This document shows positions 56,485-64,000 of a stretch of 64,000 bases of DNA, one piece after another. The stretch comes from Ramazzottius varieornatus (lineage: Eukaryota > Animalia > Tardigrada): positions 1,353,624 to 1,417,623 of the forward strand of contig BDGG01000009.1 in assembly GCA_001949185.1 (NCBI GenBank). Reading direction: 5' to 3'. The notes below the pieces were generated by a model. The model ran no database searches. It saw nothing but the letters and a program-made list of their open reading frames with translations, and was not told the origin of the DNA. Within the stretch, counting starts at the first letter, position 1. Every line of letters begins with the position of its first letter. A program made the position numbers and the translations under genes.

Positions 56485-57059
56485 CGAATATGTATATTTT
56501 TCTTATATATAATACAATATATTTGTCCATGTATATTTTCCCGCATCAATCTTCCGTTATATGCTACAAGCTTGTGGCCATCTAGCTATTGTACCGCTGT
56601 CTTTCTCAACTTTTTCAGTTTCTTGACTATTCCTGTGTTAACAGCTGGATTCTTTTGATCGGGTCGCGAACGGTAGCAGACACTTTGTCTGGTTGTTCCT
56701 CGACGTTAAACCCAATAAACTCAAACTCAAACATTTGATAGCGCAGTTTAGGTTTTCGTGCAGAAGATTCGGCTATACTCTCAGACAAACTTGCTGTTTA
56801 ACTGACGAAGTCGTCCGTCTTTCGGAAACTGCATCGCGAGCACTGCAGACACACTGCAGTATAGACAAAGGCAGGCCTGTCAAGCGTTAGTGATGTCTTG
56901 TGAGTCATCGTAAGCAGGCAAGATGCGTCATGTAATGTCCCCTCTCTGGGTGTGTTGCTCTGCTTTTCTGTAACCTGTACGAGAACTGCAAATCTGTTGA
57001 CAACTTTTCCTCTTCGAGTTTGACATCCTCTTCTTTGTGCCCACAAGGCGTCTGGCAAG

Positions 57060-58212
57060 ATGGCTTCCATCAAGAATCTGCCTCCATGCCCGGACAACCT
57101 AAAGCCCATGCTCCATTACTTGAAGGCGGCAGCCGAGCATGACCAGCGGGATGCAGTGGTGGCCTACTGGCTGCGCTTCTACGCTGTCCAACTGGGCATC
57201 AGGATCGACAGTAAAAGCCAACCAGCCAAGGTCTTCATCTCGGGAGTGATGGACAACCTGGAAACGACCAAGAAGAGTCTAAAGACAAACGAAGCGGTGA
57301 CCAGCGACATGGTGTAAGTATCGTGTACAGTCGATCATATTCTTCTCTTGTACGTGTAAATGCTATGGACAAGATCAAATGTCTTGAATCGTTCTTACAG
57401 TATATACCTGTGCTTTCTAGAGCGCAAGCCCATATTGAGAACTACGCCTTGAAGCTCTTCCTGTGGGCTGATAGCGAAGACCGAGCATCACACTTTAACA
57501 AGAATGTCGTCCGAGCATTCTACACTTCCGGCCTGCTCTTTGATGTCCTCTCCGTCTGGGGAGAGCCTACGGAGGACATTCTTCGCCAACAGAAGTACTG
57601 TACTCCTTCCAGTGCTACAGAAATACTCGCTCATTCCCAACATTCAACTTGTCTTACTTCAGGTATGCCAAATGGAAGGCGGCCTATCTGCACAACTGCC
57701 TGAAGAACGGCGAGACTCCGGTACCTGGCCCAGCTGGTGGGGAAGAGGCTTCACACGAGGCTGGCCACGTTACCACCGTCACCAACGAGGAAGAGGCCGA
57801 GCTGCGCCAGCTAGGGCAGTTTGGGCGAGATGACAACATGAGCAGCTCCACCACATTCAACCACGGCGGCGGCGGCGGACAGGCCTGGTCGAATTCGCAA
57901 GCACCTTCGGCCTATGACAAGCTCTTTCTTCCACCGGACCACGCTTCGCCAGCCGCCAAGCCACCTCACACGCTGCCCACTGCGGCTCCCAGAGGGACAG
58001 CAGGCATGTCCAGTCACACACCTTCTCCTTCTACGGAGAACCGAGTACCTTCCAGTGGTGCAGTCCAAATCATGTTGTCTGCCGACGACATGAGCAAGGC
58101 CCAAAAGTACTGCAAGTACGCTGCTAGCGCCCTGCAGTTTGACGATGTGGCCACCGCCACCGATCTCTTAGAGAAGACACTGCGCCTGATCAAGACGGGC
58201 AGGGAAGACTAG
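57060..58212 (+). CDS. VTA1: VTA1 / LIP5 (VPS4 cofactor, ESCRT); 3 exons
   Basis: EHDQRDAVVAYWLRFYAVQ, AQAHIENYALKLFLWADSEDRA, KYAKWKAAYLHNCLKNGETPVPGP, VSL domain AQKYCKYAASALQFDDV. Confidence 0.95.
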
Positions 58213-58544
58213 AGTAGCTCCCACCGATGGAGGCCCATGCATGTCGCAACCTTCTTACTATGTTGCTTTTCATATCGTATATGGCAGCATATTACTGTAG
58301 AGGCTTTTCCCCGCTTGCTTCTGGACTAGCCAACCTTGTGACCTTATCTCCGCCAAATACCAGATACATATTATTTCCTCAGTTGCCGCTGGCTTATAGA
58401 AAAGAAAGACTTTGCGGAACATTGCGGACAAATAAATACCTGGTCTTCTGGAAACCACAGTGGAAAGCCTTCAGAGCTTTTGAACAAGAAAAAGTCGTGG
58501 ATAATGACAGTCAGCACTTGTCAAAGCGGGATACTGGCCAAGAT

Positions 58545-61500
58545 TCAAGACTGGGCGTTGGCCTCCTGCATGACTAGAATAAGTCTATCAATAAAGATTC
58601 CTAGAAATGCGTTGACTTCCGAGCCGACTTTCTGCAACAGAAAACCCTCCCGATGACTTACTGCCTTGCAGACCGACCTTAGCAGATGAGGGCTATACCA
58701 ACCTGGTAGACATTTTGCAAGTTCTGGACAAAGCCTTCGGTGACGAACTGCCGGACATTGGACTTGAAGTGATAATAGTCATCCAGTCCGGCAGAGGGGT
58801 TCTTCTCCTCAAGGGCCGGCAGCAACGCCCGTCGCATGCTAAGAGGGAGAGCGGTGCTTTGCCGTGACTTGTCTTCCAGAAACTGCGCAAAGGCATACTG
58901 CAGGTGGACGACCAACATCATGGTCAGAGCTTCCACGATACCTGCAAGCAAAGCCCATCTCCTGCTAGCACTGTAACGCTGTTGAAGGAGTCACCAGTCT
59001 TTCATAAACGTACTGAGCAATTGTCGCAGGTCCAGACACGTGTCGCGTTCTTGCTCTTTCAAGAAGAGCCTGTACAGATTCTGCTTATCCTCTCGTCGGC
59101 TAGGCAGATACTCAGAGTCCAGAACCTATCAAGGAACATGTGTCGATGCGCTCAAGTTTACGTCGAGGGATTTTGTAATAGCTCACCGTCATGAGGTCGC
59201 TTTCGGAGATATGGTCGCTGCTGTGAGCTAGCGCATGCCGGAGATTGTCCAGGGTGGTGACGCGGTTGAGGAGGATGCTACAGAAGGCGCCAATGTGGGC
59301 CATCATGTCGCCGTAAGAGACGGTGAAGGTTCCACGAGCCAGCTCTGGAAGGCAGCAATGTGCTGGCACTAAAGACGGTCCTGCGGCTGACGTACTGACC
59401 ATCAACATCATCTACAAAGAGCTCTTACCTGTTTTGCCCAAGACTTGAGAAGGGGCAAAGACGGGGCGGATGACCTGCTGGTTGACCTCGACGTCGCCAC
59501 ATTCAAACATCAGTCGGCGCAGGTACGCCACCATGTCGTAGGCCAGAGCGACGGAGCGCCGCCGTCCGCTCCATTCTTTATAGTAGTCCCGGTGGTTGCC
59601 TTTGGGAGCGGGAAGGACCAAGGTATTGAGGTTGTGAAAGAGGCGCGCCATCTTGAGCTCCATGGCCAAAATGTCCGCCGACATGTCCAAGGACGTCGGA
59701 TCGGCCAAGCTGCGATGCAAGGCTGAAAGGACCATGACAATTACATATAATCCATAGCTAGACTCGTCGCATGTTTGCTCAGGGAAAGTTACAAGAAATA
59801 ACGTACAGTTGTGGTTGAGTAGGGAGACCAGTTGGACAGTACGCGCCAAATCTTGCCACGAGGCCTCATCGGCTTCCGAAGGTAGACGAAGAGTGTCGGA
59901 GAAGCAGACGGCGTATGCCTGCACGTAGCTGTACATCTTGAGCATGCTATCTCGGTAGGCAGGACGCAGGCGCAGCTGCCGCAGGACGGCCACCAGCAAG
60001 TCGACAATCTTGCGGAATATGCACAGACAGTAGCCGTACACTGTCATGTAAGTGCCGGCAACCATGGCGCGTTGCACCGAACTGACGCTATTCCTGTCAC
60101 AACAACAACAAGGAAACGTGCTAGCTGATCATATCCAAGCTGACTATCAGCACTCTTAGTCATACCTGGCATCTTTGACAACAGGCAAGACTTTGACCAC
60201 ATCCAACTGCACAATGGCTTTGACAGCACTTCGCAATGGCTGGGACATTTCATCGAGGTCGCTGCCCACAGCGACCGGTCTTTCTATCCATGCAGTCAGA
60301 ATATTCTGCAAAGGAAGAAGACCGCCTTTGTCTTATGTAGGGGAAAAAGTGCAGGGCGCTTTGAAGCCTACGAACCATTTTGGTTTCAAAGTTGGTCAGA
60401 GCGCCAAAGGTGTCCGTTTGGGTGGTGAGACACTGCCTCAGCAACATGTTGTCTCTGGGCAAGGAGGCCAGCAAGTAAGGAAGGAGGTGGAAGGCGTCGC
60501 TGGCGCTGTGGAGCGAAGACTGAGGACGTAGAGCGTACAGCCGAGACAATATCTCAATGATGATGCCTTCTTCCGGTCCCTTGATGACACTACTGTCTGC
60601 TTCAAGGGCTTTGTGCAGTGCAGGCAGCATCGACTCTACAGCAGTCCAAATGACCAAGCGTAAGGCGCTGGCTGCCGCTTGCACACTCTGTGAATACGAC
60701 AGAGTGGCGTCTACAAGACAAAAATGCTCCATCCTCCTTCGCAACGTAGCAAAGTACAGACACACTGGCAAAAGGCAGGAAAAAAGGTGGAACAAACCTT
60801 CAAAAGCATCAAAGCTCCAGTCGGCAAACTTGAGAATCATCAACAGGACGGCGTAGTATCCTCGTCGCTCGACAATAGTCACAGCTAAAGACCAGTACAT
60901 TAAGGAACATGATCGAGACCAAGTCTAAAAGGTAACGGTGGTTTACATGGAAGAAGACTCAGAAGGCACGTACTGGACTTTAAGATGAGGGTGACGATGT
61001 TGCTGGTCAGCTCTGACAGTTCTTGGCTTTTGCTGCGGACGATGAGGCTCTTGTAGTCCATCTTGACGCACTCCGCCGAGTAGCCAACTACGGTCAGCGC
61101 ATCCGACAGTGCCATGCCTGCCTTGGCCGGTGCCGTGAAGCGAATGAAGGCGCAGACGGCCGAGAACACAGCCTCGAAGATGGGCAACGTGTCGGTCGCT
61201 CCATTGACCATCTGCAAATGTCATCCTTTACTATACAGACTGTTAATCAAGAAGTGAAAGGCCTGAAAGCTACTTTGCTAGTTAAGAAGGTGGCAAAGTT
61301 GAGGAAGAAGGCGGCAAGCGTGGGAAAGGCGAAGGCGTCGGCGGGACAGGTCTCGGCCACTGTGCTGGCTAAGATACTCCAGGCTTGGAGACACTCTCGA
61401 CGAGCTCGGACAAGCCCGATCAGCAAGGCTTCCCTCTCCACGTACTCGCATATCCTCTTCATGTCCTGCAACTTGACATATCACGAGCCATACACACAGC

Positions 61501-64000
61501 AAGGAGATTGTTAAGGAGGTCTGTCATACACCTGCCTACACCAAAGCTCATTGGGTTCGTAGAATACAAGTGTGCAGGTGCATGAAATACATGATGAGTT
61601 TTTTATGTGAGTATAGGGAAAGGCGATCTTACATGGACAACGTCGGCTCGTCCCGTGCCATTCTCTTCATGGACATGCAGCACTTCGCGAATGTACAGCA
61701 GTACTTCGGCCGCATCATGGAGGACCAGACCGTCATCAGTGGGGATTTTGGAGGCGTTGAGGGCGTCTTCGACATGGGAGACTTCCAGGACGTCCAGAGC
61801 CAAGGAGCTGAGCGGCTCCACAGTGGGTACGACCAAGTCAGCCACCGACACTAGTCGCAGCAAGAGCGCTGACGACTTGACCAAGACCTTCTCCTTGATG
61901 GAAGAGGTAAAGAGCGAGACGTTGGCCTGTTGCGCCTCTGGCCCACGCTGCAAGTCCGTCAGCAGGGCGATCAGCTCCACAGCCGACTGAACTTTACCCT
62001 GCTCCGACAGAAGGTGCAACTGTCTGGCTACCATGTGAAGAATGGCTTTCTGATGGCGCAGAAACTGATACGACTCCAGGCTTCCTAACAAAAGAGCCTC
62101 CTGTTTAAACATGGACAAACAAACGAAACGGAAGGAGGCGGAAGGGACCAACCTAGTTCGACAAGCGGAAGTTGTTGGGCCAGTCGCCCGATGGTCAGTT
62201 CGCCGGGCCAAGTGAACTGGACAAAGTCCAGGAGGGCAGGCCCCGTCTTTTGATGCTGGCACAGCGTGTCGAGGATGTCGAGGGCCAGCTCGCTGCAGGT
62301 CGGTAGTAAGTCATACAAACTCTTGCCAGCTTCGACCATCTGCAGGATGTTGTTTAGCGAAGACGTCGTCGCACCTTCTTTCGCTGTCAAGATATCCAAC
62401 ATAAGGTCCAAAAAGCAGATGAATTTTCGGGTAAGGATGGGCATACTCAGTCAACGTACTTAGCATTGTAGCAATCGTCCCGTTTCTCACGGGAAAGCCC
62501 AGTGCGACGTGGGCGATATTGGGGAACTGGCAGTCTTTCAAATTTGCCAGCAAGAGCTTCAGTGTCTCCTGGACCAACGTCAGGGCCTCTGTTCACAAAG
62601 CAAATCACACTTAAACCAACCTTCGGTTACAACGAGAAACACAACAAGTACGGCATACTTGAAATAAAACGGCATAGGGTGAAACTCTACGTCTTGATTG
62701 GGGGATATACAGATAAGTACCTGTTGACTCTAGGTTTGAGCTTTCTTCCTCAGCAGACTTGGGACTAATTTGCAAGCAGTCCATCATGTTGGCCAGCAGT
62801 TCTTGGCTAAGACTATCGTCAAAGTGCATGATGGTCAGCCACTCGCTTTGATCCTGCAATCGTCGCGTCACAAACTCCAGTATTTCCATGGCATACTGGG
62901 CAATGACGGGCCGTGCGGCGCGAAGTCTCAACAGCCTAGGCAAAGAAGGCGCTCTACACTTCGACCTACATACCCTGTACTTAGCTTCATCGGCCATAAC
63001 AAGATCATACTTTACGAAGACAAACACAAAGTCTCTGCGAGTAGTGCGAGCGTTCATGGAAGAGGCAATGATTTCGTCGAGCCCTCGGACGATGGCATTC
63101 TTGTCATGTTGAAGTAAGAGGCGCAGGAACTCGTTGTGGCGCTTAATAACCGTGCGCAATATGGCCAATATGTGGACAACCACTTCTTCCAACTTGGCTC
63201 GTACTGTCAGAAACCAACTCGATCATGGCAAGCAAATCGCAAAAGACTGGAGGGAATAAGGCCTAAGAAAGACTTTACCTGCATCTCCATGACTCTTTCC
63301 GTGTTCTTCTGTGCATACAAGCAGCCAACTAAGGAGCTGCAAAAGAAAAGCTAGGCTGAATTTTCATGAAGGACGATATGGACAGGCCTACTTGACCTTT
63401 TCGAGGAAAGCCGATCCTTCAAGGATGCGACGACGGAGTGTATATCCAGGGTGGGAGGTCATGGCCGGGACAAAAACCAGGCTCATGTCGTTGAGGGAGC
63501 GCAGACACTTTTCGAAGAGCATCAGGCACGACAACAAGACATCCAGCTGCAATCAGTAGCAAAGCAGCTCATGGTACACTGGCGACTTCAAAGCAAAAGG
63601 CATTCCTTTCAGCTTACGTGTTCTTGAGGAGTGGAAAAGCTTCGTTCGTCGGCCCGAAGAAAAACGGCGTCGTAGACATAGTCGGTAAAGTCCTGAAACT
63701 GCTGAAGGAACTCCGGTACTATCAAATACAAGTCCATCATAAAACGATGACTTTCGAGACACACGTTGATGATTTCAAATGCCATAAAAAGTTACTTAGG
63801 GTGTGTGCCGTCAAATTGTCAAAGATGCGGTAAATGAGCAAGTTGGTGGCTTTGGTCACGGGAAACTCGCGGTGGCGAACCTCCACCTCTTCCATCTCGT
63901 ACTACAAAAGGAAGCTAAAAGAGGAAAAAGCTGTGATGCTTCGATCATATTGCTTGGCTTGAGTACCTTTAAGCCTTCCCTGGGACCGGTCACAGTCAGC
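58545..64000 (-). CDS. NUP205: Nucleoporin NUP205/Nup192, 3' part (continues beyond the window end)
   Basis: EMEEVEVRHREFPVTKA, PNIAHVALGF and LALDILDTLCQHQKTGPALLDFV resemble NUP205 segments (EIESRCEEYPLTRA, PNLALYLLGF, CYQVIYQLC..TSGPTMRYL). Long helical multi-exon ORF; last exon ends QEANAQS* at 58545. Confidence 0.8.

Overview
Compact, intron-rich animal genomic DNA: most introns are about 60-110 bp, GT-AG, and there are two N gaps. The style fits a eutardigrade such as Ramazzottius, but that is inference. I reconstruct about 17 genes by hand. In order: NR2E-type nuclear receptor (3' part, +), KLHL20/diablo (-), about 5 kb of degenerate, probably LINE-derived DNA, cytospin/SPECC1(L) (+), a 5-exon ZSWIM7/SWS1 absent from the ORF track (-), PI4KA (+), an orphan Tyr/Pro/Ser-rich secreted protein (-), UPB1 (+, 16 exons), a FRMD3/5-like FERM protein (+), FMR1/FXR (-), CCDC86 (+), aldolase with two alternative first exons (-), nicalin (+), ALDH6A1 (-), a stand-alone Trl1/Rnl1-type RNA ligase (+), a decayed GH16-ectodomain receptor tyrosine kinase (+), VTA1 (+) and NUP205 (3' part, -). 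Introns hold two copies of a TA-type MITE and one TTAA-flanked piggyBac-like element. Main highlights: (1) an RTK whose ectodomain looks like a catalytically dead GH16 beta-glucanase, suggesting a glucan-sensing RTK family; (2) an intact fungal-tRNA-ligase-like sealing enzyme without healing domains; (3) apparent deep microsynteny of cytospin-ZSWIM7-PI4KA-UPB1 with vertebrates. Family assignments rest on motif recognition from memory, not database searches.
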